From Deltaproteobacteria bacterium (GTDB lineage Bacteria > Myxococcota_A > UBA9160 > SMWR01), in contig JAQBGU010000035.1 of assembly GCA_032128375.1 (NCBI GenBank), forward strand, positions 1 through 21,845: a DNA stretch of 21,845 nucleotides. The letters are read 5' to 3'. Shown here piece after piece: positions 1 through 7,680 of this stretch; within the stretch, counting starts at the first letter, position 1; each line of letters starts with the position of its first letter. The notes under the pieces are model-generated. The model had not been told where the DNA came from, made no database searches, and worked only from the letters and a program-made list of their open reading frames with translations. The position numbers and the translations under genes are program-made.

Positions 1-129
1 GCTTGCTGTAGTTGCTTGCTGTAGTTGCTTGCTGTAGTTGCTTGCTGTAGTTGCTTGCTGTAGTTGCTTGCTGTAGTTGCTTGCTGTAGTTGCTTGCTGT
101 AGTTGTTGTAGTTGCTGTAGTTGCTGTAG
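1..129. repeat. Tandem repeat: 8 exact copies of GCTTGCTGTAGTT (1-104), then about 3 shorter GYTGTAGTT units
   Basis: Read directly from the sequence. Period is 13 bp with no spacers, and the array runs off the left edge of the window. Confidence 0.97.
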
Positions 130-199
130 CCGACGTCCAGCCAACGGCTGGGCCAGCACGAGAGTGGTGGCCCCCTGAGACCGCAATCCGACTTCGCGG

Positions 200-1135
200 C
201 TAGTAGCGCGGAACCGAGGGATCGATTTCCCTCGACCAAGCGTCGATCCCCCCGACCACGTTGTACACTTCGCAAAAGCCCATGGCGGTGAAGTGTTCCG
301 CCGCAGCTTGGCTGCGGCCGCCGCTGTGGCAGTGAAAGGTCAACGGTGTGTGCCTCGGGAGCGAGGCGATCCGATCGGCCTCTTCGGGCGTCATCAGTCG
401 CGTACCGGGGATACTGGCCTTCGCGCGTTCTTCGGGTGTGCGGACATCGAACAGCTCACCGGCCCTGCCGGCATCGATCCGGCGTTTGAGTTCCGCGACT
501 GGCATCTGTTGAACCTCGCCAGTCTGTGTGTTCGGATTGTCGATGCGAAACGCCGGACCGTCAGGGCCGTCGACTGCGTCAATCCTCGCGCCGTTCGCTC
601 TCGCCGCGCTGAACCGATCGATATGCACAGTGAATCCGTTTGATTCGACGGCAATCGCTGCGTCCGAAACCGGCGCGAAATACAGCTTATTCTGAAACTT
701 CGCGTCGATCCCGAGGTGCAACGCCGAACCCTCGGGCATACCAGCCGATGCTTCGCGAAGGCCCCGCGCCGCCGCATCGGTCACTGTGATCTTCGGCGGT
801 TCCGCTAACTCGGGCGCTTGGAGTCCCAGCGCCTCAGGAAGCTCCCCGGCGCTTGCCATCTCCTGGATGATGTCGCAGCCACCAACGAATTCACCGCGCA
901 CATACAGCTGCGGAACCGTCGGCCAACTCGAGAATTCCTTGATTCCCTCGCGGACCGCGGGATCGCTCAGCACATCCACCGTCGCGTACTCGGGCAGCAG
1001 CCCGTCCAGGATGCCGCAGACAGTTGCCGAAAATCCGCATTGTGGCGCGTTGCGGTTGCCCTTCATGAACAACAGCACATCATTGGACGAGATCAGCTGC
1101 TCGATGCGCTGTTGGGTCGCGGGGTCTAGGCTCAT
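200..1135 (-). CDS. grxD: Grx4-family monothiol glutaredoxin fused to an IscA/HesB-like middle domain and a C-terminal rhodanese domain (311 aa)
   Basis: LFMKG..PQCGFS, WPTVPQLY and GGCDI glutaredoxin motifs. The middle segment ITVTDAAA...FRIDNPN resembles an A-type carrier fold. Rhodanese motifs DVRTPEE, CHSGGRS and GGIDAW. Confidence 0.9.
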   Translation of the reverse strand: MSLDPATQQRIEQLISSNDVLLFMKGNRNAPQCGFSATVCGILDGLLPEYATVDVLSDPAVREGIKEFSSWPTVPQLYVRGEFVGGCDIIQEMASAGELPEALGLQAPELAEPPKITVTDAAARGLREASAGMPEGSALHLGIDAKFQNKLYFAPVSDAAIAVESNGFTVHIDRFSAARANGARIDAVDGPDGPAFRIDNPNTQTGEVQQMPVAELKRRIDAGRAGELFDVRTPEERAKASIPGTRLMTPEEADRIASLPRHTPLTFHCHSGGRSQAAAEHFTAMGFCEVYNVVGGIDAWSREIDPSVPRY

Positions 1136-1294
1136 CGGTCACTCCGGGTTGGTAGAGGGGTTGCCACAGGCAAACGGCTGAACGGGAACGAATCCGATCA
1201 AACGGCGAAGATAGCGATTTCGTCCAGAAGGGCCATCAGCTACGGGATATCAGACTCTCAATCGATTCCTTGCTGGGTTTGGAGAAGCTCGACA

Positions 1295-1930
1295 ATGAAC
1301 GCCGATCCGGACCCGCTCCCTGCGAACCTGTTCGACCGCGTCGACGAGACGCCCGACACGCACTTCTACGGCGTGCCTCGGCTGGTCACCCACATCGATG
1401 ACGCGACCATCGACGCGCTGCGCAACTACTACCGCGAAGCCCTGGCCGCGGGAAGCGACATCCTCGACGTGATGTCGTCGTGGGTTTCTCACCTTCCGGT
1501 CGAGATCGGGTTTGGCCGTGTGGCGGTGCTCGGTATGAACGAACAAGAGCTAGCCGCGAACGATCGAGCCACCGAGACTGTTGTCCACGACCTCAACGCC
1601 GATCCAGAATTGCCCTATGAGCCGGAGAGTTTCGATGCGGTGACCAATGCGGTGTCGGTTCAGTACCTGGTGAATCCAGTGCCCGTGTTCGAATCGATTC
1701 GTCGCGTGCTGCGCCCGGGAGGGATCTCGATCGTCGCGATGTCGCATCGCTGCTTCCCGACCAAAGCGGTGCGTGCATTTCACACGCTGTCCCCACAAGG
1801 CCGCTTCGACCTGGTCAGCCGCTATTGCAAACTGGCAGGTGGATTCGATCGCATCGAACACATCGACCGATCGCCGCCCGGCGCCGATCCGCTGTGGATC
1901 GTCACCGCTCGGCGCGGAGCATCCGGATGA
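1295..1930 (+). CDS. Class I SAM-dependent methyltransferase (Methyltransf_11-like, 211 aa)
   Basis: Motifs ILDVMSSWVSHLP, LGMNEQEL, DLN..PELPY..ESFDAV and RRVLRPGG. Confidence 0.85.
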   Translation: MNADPDPLPANLFDRVDETPDTHFYGVPRLVTHIDDATIDALRNYYREALAAGSDILDVMSSWVSHLPVEIGFGRVAVLGMNEQELAANDRATETVVHDLNADPELPYEPESFDAVTNAVSVQYLVNPVPVFESIRRVLRPGGISIVAMSHRCFPTKAVRAFHTLSPQGRFDLVSRYCKLAGGFDRIEHIDRSPPGADPLWIVTARRGASG

Positions 1931-2038
1931 TTCATCGAACTGCCCGGCCAGGTCGTCGATAGGCAGCCATTCTCCGTTCGGTCTAAACGAACAGAGGGCG
2001 TCTCGAAAGCCGAACAACACAAGTGCAACGGCGGCTAA

Positions 2039-2818
2039 TCAGTCGAGTCCGAACGCGCCGTTCTCGGTTCGGCGCCAGCCAGAAGCGGCGAGGCTGCCGC
2101 CATCCACGTGGACCGTCGTCCCGGTGACAAAAAGTGACAGATCCGACGCCAGAAACAGCGCGGCACCTGCCACATCGTCAACGCTTCCACGGCGCACGAG
2201 CGGAGTGTCGATCCAGACGTCGCCGAGTCCTGGCGTCGGAATCATGTCTGGGGCGATGCAGTTCACCCGAATCAGCCGATCGCCCAGCTCGAGTGCCAGC
2301 GTGCGAGTCAGGCTTTCGACCGCCGACTTCATCGCCGAGTAGATGGAATAACCCGGGGCGCCGCGATGAGCCTCGATCGATGTGATGTTGATAATCGTGC
2401 CGCCGCGGTCTGGCATCCGCGGCACCGCGGCGCGCACGCATTGCGTCACACTTGTGAAGTTTTCCGCGACCAGCGCCTGTTCACCCTTTGCGCTGATTTC
2501 CAGCAATGGGGATTGGAAGCCCCCGCCGGCGTTGTTCACCAGGACGTCGACGCGTCCAAACCGAGCCGCGACCGTGTCGAAGAACTCTCGTACCGGAAGT
2601 TCGTCGCGTACATCGAAGCGGCCAGTCACGACTTCGACCCCGTCGGCTTCGAGCGACTTCGCAACCGCTGCCAAACTCTCGCCATCGCGGTCACACAGCG
2701 CGAGCCTGGCTCCGAAGCGCGCGAAGCTTCGCGCGATGCCCTCTCCGATGCCCATCGCGGCGCCAGTCACGACCGCGACCCGATCGTCGAGCAGTACGGC
2801 GCGCGGATCCAGCGTCAT
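2039..2818 (-). CDS. Classical SDR NAD(P)-dependent oxidoreductase (259 aa)
   Basis: TGAAMGIG, NNAG, catalytic YSAMK and VDGG. Start moved to ATG 2818, which overlaps the upstream stop as ATGA (2815-2818). Confidence 0.92.
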   Translation of the reverse strand: MTLDPRAVLLDDRVAVVTGAAMGIGEGIARSFARFGARLALCDRDGESLAAVAKSLEADGVEVVTGRFDVRDELPVREFFDTVAARFGRVDVLVNNAGGGFQSPLLEISAKGEQALVAENFTSVTQCVRAAVPRMPDRGGTIINITSIEAHRGAPGYSIYSAMKSAVESLTRTLALELGDRLIRVNCIAPDMIPTPGLGDVWIDTPLVRRGSVDDVAGAALFLASDLSLFVTGTTVHVDGGSLAASGWRRTENGAFGLD

Positions 2819-3591
2819 TTCGAACGGCGACGCTGAGCCAGGATCCACGATTCGGCGGAGAGCAGCACACCGCTGCGATCGATCCATCGGTTCATGACCC
2901 CGGATGTGATGCAAAAACGGCTATCGAACGGCGGATGATGGTGGCCCGCGTGATGATCGCGCGACAGCACGATGTGACAACGCTGAAGCAGTCGCGCCAC
3001 CCGCGGCGGGTACACCTGGTGAGACCACTTGTGAAACTGGTTGGTCATGACCGTCCACGTCGCAAAGAACGCGGTGAATGCGACGCCGAAGATGGACGCT
3101 GTTGTACCGAAAGTTGTACCGAAAGCTGTACCGAAAGTCGTACCGAAAGTTGAGCCGTTAGTTGTGCCGTATGCAGTGGCATAAGAAGCGCCGGCTGGAT
3201 CGAGCGCGACCAGTGCAGCCGCCAACACCGGAGCCACTGCGATGCAAGTGTTCCCGTTGAGTTCAATGAAATCGTGACGCGCAATCCCATTCGGGTCATC
3301 GTGATGCTCGCGAAACGGCCGCACGAAGTTGGGCCCGAGTAGCGGCGTAGTCTCGTCGAAAACGCGGTCGAACGCCCAGTGAACGAGCCCGGAAACCAGA
3401 TCGGACACCCAGTAGCTGACGAGCAGCGCGCTAGCGACAACCAGCCATGCGCTGACCCGATCGAGCACAGGCACCAGTTGGGCCAACAGCGTCGCAACCA
3501 GAAGTGCCGCGACGCCGACGGCGAGCGTCTCGAGTTTGCGGTGGGTGGTTTCCTGCCCGTCAGCGCTCATGTGCAGGTAGCGCATGCTCAC
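2815..3591 (-). CDS. carF: CarF/TMEM189 (PEDS1)/FAD4-family membrane His-box lipid desaturase
   Basis: SGLVHWAFD, FREHH..ARHDFIELNGN, NQFHKWSH and DHHAGHHHPPF..FCITSG motifs, plus hydrophobic helices. Start is uncertain (GTG 3591 or ATG 3570). Confidence 0.85.
   Translation of the reverse strand: MSMRYLHMSADGQETTHRKLETLAVGVAALLVATLLAQLVPVLDRVSAWLVVASALLVSYWVSDLVSGLVHWAFDRVFDETTPLLGPNFVRPFREHHDDPNGIARHDFIELNGNTCIAVAPVLAAALVALDPAGASYATAYGTTNGSTFGTTFGTAFGTTFGTTASIFGVAFTAFFATWTVMTNQFHKWSHQVYPPRVARLLQRCHIVLSRDHHAGHHHPPFDSRFCITSGVMNRWIDRSGVLLSAESWILAQRRRSK
3101..3172. repeat. In-frame 12-bp tandem repeat inside carF (GYYGTACCGAAA x4 plus 2 degenerate units)
   Basis: Units start at 3101, 3113, 3125 and 3137, with degenerate units at 3149 and 3161. 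Encodes STFGTTFGTAFGTTFGTT on the minus strand. Confidence 0.9.
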
Positions 3592-3612
3592 ACGGTCTCC
3601 GGCCGGGCCAGT

Positions 3613-4695
3613 TCAATTCGGCATCGACTCGTCTGCGAGCCCAATGTCACCCGTGCTCGTGTCCTCCAGAGATTCTAGCGTCGAAAGATCATCCCACACC
3701 GGGATCTCGGCAGCCGCGTACAGCTCCCGCGAACGATCCGTGATCGCCCCGACTCGCACCAACGCCGGCATCATCAGGTCCTTGAACGAGTGGATCTGGC
3801 CGGGAGGCAGCTTCGCCTTGAAGCCGGCTGCACCGAGCGCCACGAGATCTCGAATGAAGTCGCTCACATCGATTCCGACCCGTTCGAGCACCTTCAGGAA
3901 ACCCGGATCGTGCTTTCGCTGCTGCGTGCCGTCGGGGCCGCCTTGCGCATCCGACATCAGCTTTACCGCTTCGAAGGCGAACTGAGCGATATCCTCGCGG
4001 TCGTCCGGGTGCATGTCCGCGATGGTGTGCCCCACGTAGACGTTGCCGAACGCGACGTGGCGCGACTCGTCGCGCAGCACCTGCGTCGTGATCTGCCGAA
4101 GCAAATCGCAGGTGGTCCTACGGCGCATATTGTGAAACGCTCCGAGCGCGAGCCCCTCGACGACCATGTTCATGCCGATCGCGATCTTCACCCAGTGATT
4201 GGCCTGCAGCGTCGCGTCGATCAACTCCTTGAGCCACGGTGATAGCGGGTACACGATCGCGAGCCGTCGGATGTACTCTTCGTACACCTCGACGTGTCGG
4301 GCCTCATCCATTGTCTGGGTCGCTGCGTACAACTTGCCCTCGTAGTCCGGCACCGCGTGCGTCAATGCCGCGGATGTCATCAATGCGCCCTGCTCTCCGT
4401 GCAGGAACTGCGAGAGCAGATGCGCGGCCACGTGCGCGCGAAAGTCTTCGCGTTGCGTGTTCGACAGCTTTTTCATCATCGGCATCTTGTCGAACATGAA
4501 CTGGCTCTCGTCCATGATCGGCTTCGACGGATCGATCGGTATGCTCCAGTCGATGTCCAGCTCAGCGTTCCACTGCGCCTGCTTCGACTTCGAATACAGG
4601 TTGCGCAGCTTGTCGATCCCGATCTCGTAGTCGAATTGCCAGACCACTTCCATCGGCGCCTTCAGAACGTCTGCAGTTTCCCAATTGGTACTCAT
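3613..4695 (-). CDS. Ferritin-like carboxylate-bridged diiron protein (AurF/aldehyde-decarbonylase-like superfamily, 360 aa)
   Basis: Complete E...ExxH...E...ExxH ligand set: HGEQGA, DEARH, VEGLA, DESRH. GGAGGA RBS lies in the 3' end of tetR. Confidence 0.85.
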   Translation of the reverse strand: MSTNWETADVLKAPMEVVWQFDYEIGIDKLRNLYSKSKQAQWNAELDIDWSIPIDPSKPIMDESQFMFDKMPMMKKLSNTQREDFRAHVAAHLLSQFLHGEQGALMTSAALTHAVPDYEGKLYAATQTMDEARHVEVYEEYIRRLAIVYPLSPWLKELIDATLQANHWVKIAIGMNMVVEGLALGAFHNMRRRTTCDLLRQITTQVLRDESRHVAFGNVYVGHTIADMHPDDREDIAQFAFEAVKLMSDAQGGPDGTQQRKHDPGFLKVLERVGIDVSDFIRDLVALGAAGFKAKLPPGQIHSFKDLMMPALVRVGAITDRSRELYAAAEIPVWDDLSTLESLEDTSTGDIGLADESMPN

Positions 4696-4697
4696 CT

Positions 4698-5324
4698 CTA
4701 TTCCTCCAGAATGTATCGACAGATCATGTCAGTGAGTTCTTCCAGGACCCGGTCAGGCTCGGGGTCGGAAACATGGCGAACGAGCAACTGCGTGGCCGCC
4801 ATATCGATCGCGTGGTGAATCAGGAACGCGGCGGATGCGGGGTCGGCCCCGCTGCGCATCATGCCGCGATTTTGACCGAACTCGATCAGCGCGCACAAGC
4901 GCTCGAGGGCTACCTGTTCGATGCGCTGATAGCGGCGTCGCACTTCTGGGTCGCGATCTGCCAGGCCTAGCACGACGAGATACAGCGACGGCTTCTTGCG
5001 CAGACGGTCGTAGGCGTTACGCAACCAGTCCGCGAAGCCCAGGCGCGGATCGTCACCGAGGAAGCGGGCGTGGTCGAAGTCGGTCCGGCGGTCCGCGGCT
5101 GCGCGGTCGCCCCAATCGTCGATCAAGTCCAGCAAGACTGCTCGTTTGTCAGGGAAGTGGTGGTATAGGGTTCCAATGCCGACTTCAGCCCTGCGCGCGA
5201 TGTCGCTGACGTTGGTCTCGGAATATCCACGACGCGTGAACAGCTCCTCCGCGGCGCACAGGACGCGCGCGCGCGTCATGCGTCCTCGAGCCTGGGTCCG
5301 GCGCGGTTCGATTATTCGGGTCAC
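4698..5324 (-). CDS. TetR/AcrR family transcriptional regulator (208 aa)
   Basis: N-terminal HTH AAEELFTRRGYSETNVSDIARRAEVGIGTLYHHFPDK. GTG start. Confidence 0.95.
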   Translation of the reverse strand: MTRIIEPRRTQARGRMTRARVLCAAEELFTRRGYSETNVSDIARRAEVGIGTLYHHFPDKRAVLLDLIDDWGDRAAADRRTDFDHARFLGDDPRLGFADWLRNAYDRLRKKPSLYLVVLGLADRDPEVRRRYQRIEQVALERLCALIEFGQNRGMMRSGADPASAAFLIHHAIDMAATQLLVRHVSDPEPDRVLEELTDMICRYILEE

Positions 5325-5349
5325 GGCCCCACAGAGTACCCGAAAAATG

Positions 5350-5371
5350 AAACCGAATACCAGCTCGGTTT
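5350..5371. promoter_or_regulatory. Putative TetR operator AAACCGA-N8-TCGGTTT
   Basis: Perfect 7-bp inverted repeat 25 bp upstream of the tetR start, in the divergent intergenic region. Confidence 0.6.
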
Positions 5372-5390
5372 ACGGTAGTTTCGTGATTGA

Positions 5391-5403
5391 TATCAGTTAC
5401 TTA
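5391..5403 (+). promoter_or_regulatory. IHF-like binding site TATCAGTTACTTA
   Basis: Matches WATCARNNNNTTR within an AT-rich patch between divergent genes. Confidence 0.4.
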
Positions 5404-5484
5404 CAAATCACATGAGTCCGAACCCAATTGACGCTTCAGCTGCTTCGCGTTCAAGCGGTAGAATCCGGCACCGAGGAGGCCCCC

Positions 5485-6423
5485 ATGACAAGACACGCGC
5501 GATTCGGCGCAACCCTTCCGCAGATCAAACGGAGCTGGGACGAGGCCAAAGCCGCCGCGATCGAGTTCGATCAGCTCGCATACGACTCTGTCTGGGTGTG
5601 CGACCACCTGCTCGGCGTCCCCATGCCGAACCTGCCGATCTTCGAAGCATGGACTGAACTGGCTGCGATCGCAGCCGTGACTGAGCACGTCGAACTCGGA
5701 ACGCTTGTCACGCCACCGTTTTTTCGCAACCCGGTCGTACTCGCGAAGCAGATCGCCACGCTGGATCACATTTCCGGCGGCCGCGCGATCGCCGGGCTGG
5801 GAGCCGGCTGGTTCGAACCCGAATTCAAGAACAACGGCATCCCGTTTCCAAGCCTCAGACAACGCATGCGCGCTCTGGACGAAACCGCCGAGATCATGAA
5901 GCGGCTGTGGACACAGGAACGCACCAGTTTCGTCGGAGAGCATTTCTCGGTCAACGACGCTGTGTGCGAACCGAAACCGATCCGACGCCCCCCCATCCTG
6001 ATCGGTGGCGGCGGCGAACGAGTACTGATGGGCATCGCGGTTCGGCACGCGGATATCTGGAACAACCTCGCGGTATTCCAGGGCCAACTCCCGCAAAAGA
6101 TCGAAGCGCTGCGACGGCGCTGTGACGAACTCGACCGCGACTTCGAGTCGATCGAAATTTCACAGCAGTGCGTGGTCGTGATCGGAGAAGATGAGAGCGC
6201 GGCGAAGACCGCTCTCGAAAAAGCCAAAAAGATCTATGGCGGCCACATGGGCGCGAGCCTCGAAGAGCACGGCATCTGGGGTTCGCCCGACCAGGTCATC
6301 GAGCGCATCGAACAGCACCGAGCGCTGGGCTGCACGATGTTCGCGATCGAGTTCTTTGGACGTGACACACGGCCCGCAGCGCGCCTGTTCGCGGAAAAAG
6401 TCATCCCAGCGTTTCGGAAATGA
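5485..6423 (+). CDS. Luciferase-like (LLM) oxidoreductase, probably F420-dependent (Rv1855c-like, 312 aa)
   Basis: YDSVWVCDH, EAWTELAAIA, RNPVVLAKQIATLDHISGGR, GLGAGW and IGGGGE. GAGGAGG RBS at 5473-5479 precedes ATG 5485. Confidence 0.9.
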   Translation: MTRHARFGATLPQIKRSWDEAKAAAIEFDQLAYDSVWVCDHLLGVPMPNLPIFEAWTELAAIAAVTEHVELGTLVTPPFFRNPVVLAKQIATLDHISGGRAIAGLGAGWFEPEFKNNGIPFPSLRQRMRALDETAEIMKRLWTQERTSFVGEHFSVNDAVCEPKPIRRPPILIGGGGERVLMGIAVRHADIWNNLAVFQGQLPQKIEALRRRCDELDRDFESIEISQQCVVVIGEDESAAKTALEKAKKIYGGHMGASLEEHGIWGSPDQVIERIEQHRALGCTMFAIEFFGRDTRPAARLFAEKVIPAFRK

Positions 6424-6496
6424 TCCCAACCATCGAATCGGGCAATTTGAACAAGGCGATCTGAATTCGATTGGGAATTGAAGAGAAGCAGAAACA

Positions 6497-6550
6497 CAAC
6501 GTCAACCACAACCTCAACCACAACCTCAACCTCAACCTCAACCTCAACCA
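6497..6550. repeat. Hexanucleotide tandem repeat (CAACCW)x8, preceded by one degenerate CAACGT unit
   Basis: Units run 6503-6550 and end immediately before the AAGGAG RBS (6551-6556). Confidence 0.92.
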
Positions 6551-6560
6551 AAGGAGCCCC

Positions 6561-7610
6561 ATGAGCGAAACAGCGTTCACGCTGATCGATGAATCCCGCT
6601 CGATCGAAACCACAGCTCGCGTTACCGACGGTAGGGTCGCGTTATCGCCCGAGGCCGTTCGCACGGCCCTGGGTTGGGAGCTGAAGCCGGCTGGCCTGTG
6701 CCGTGGTGAGATTTGCATTCCGGTGGCCGACGGCCGAATCGACAATAACGGCATCGATCTCGCTGCTCTGGCAAACGCCCTCGGCCGTCCGTTGGCGCTG
6801 GCCGCGGACAATCATGCGGCCGCACTGGGTGCATCCGCGGGCGAGCGGCGTGCACAGTTTGCCTCGCTCGACGCACCCGACTTCGAGCTGCCGGATCTCG
6901 CTGGCAAGATGCACAAGCTCTCTGATCACGCCGACAAGAAGATACTACTGGTCGCATACGCATCCTGGTGAGGCTGCCGCGAAGACCTGCCGGTCTGGCA
7001 GGAACTCTACGAAGAGCTGAAGGATCGGGACTTCACCGTGATCAGTGTCGCGTTCGATCAGAACCATGAGGACCCACGACCCTACATTGCGAAGGCGAGC
7101 CCTACCCATCCGAGCTTGATCGACACCGAACACGTGGTTGCCGATTTGTATGGAATCATCAACGTGTCGACCGTGGTGTGGATCGACAAGGGGAAGATCG
7201 TCCGACCGAACGCGATCGAGTACGGAAGCAACATGTTCACCCAATTCCATGGCATCGAGTCGGGGCCGCACCTGGCCGCGGTGCGCGCCTGGGTAAACGA
7301 TGGGATCATCGAGAACGCAGACGCAGAGTCCGTGAAATCGCGCCGAATGCCTCCGACGCCAGACGAGCAGCTCGCCCGTGCGGAGTTCGCGCTGGCTTTG
7401 CATCTGAGCCGGGCGGGCAATAGCGAAGCGGCCGAGCCCCATTTCGTCCGCGCCGGCGAGCTCTCGCCTTTCGATTGGACGATTCGCCGCGGTTCGATGC
7501 CGATCCGCGGCCAGAACCCGATGGGTCCGGAATTTTTCGAGCTCGCCAAGGAATGGGATCAGGCGGGCAAGCCGGGTTACGCAAGCGAGGCCGCCAAGCG
7601 CGGGCTCTAG
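6561..7610 (+). CDS. Selenoprotein: TlpA/ResA-like thioredoxin-fold protein with YASW-U-GC active site (349 aa, Sec137)
   Basis: ORFs 6471..6971 and 7038..7610 share a frame and are separated only by TGA 6969-6971. Read-through gives APDFELPDLAGK...ILLVAYASW-U-GCREDLPVWQELYEELKDRDFTVISVAFD. AAGGAG RBS before ATG 6561 and a downstream SECIS-like hairpin. Confidence 0.88.
6986..7002 (+). promoter_or_regulatory. Bacterial SECIS-like hairpin CCUGCC-GGUCU-GGCAGG
   Basis: Perfect 6-bp stem. The apical loop begins with GG and is separated from the UGA by 20 nt. GGUCU also occurs in the E. coli fdhF SECIS apical region. Confidence 0.78.
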
Positions 7611-7680
7611 CCCCACCTGGGTTACCTTGATGCAAGACCGCTTCTTGAATACTTGCGCACGAAGAACGAGAAAGACAAGC

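Noticed and set aside
1..129. CRISPR array
   Set aside because: The units are contiguous 13-mers with no spacers, and there are no cas genes.
137..151. Hairpin CCAGCC-AAC-GGCTGG as terminator of the grx fusion
   Set aside because: No U-tract on either strand, and a 6-bp stem is expected by chance at this GC content.
5428..5464. TTGACG and TAGAAT as a sigma70 promoter pair
   Set aside because: The spacing is 25 nt, which is too long. TAGAAT alone may still be a -10 element.
6471..6560. N-terminal (NH/NL)n extension from TTG 6471
   Set aside because: It is just the translated microsatellite. A strong AAGGAG precedes ATG 6561.
6471..7610. Two separate genes, or a nonsense pseudogene
   Set aside because: The TGA sits at the catalytic Cys position, a SECIS-like hairpin follows, and the second ORF begins mid-fold without an RBS.
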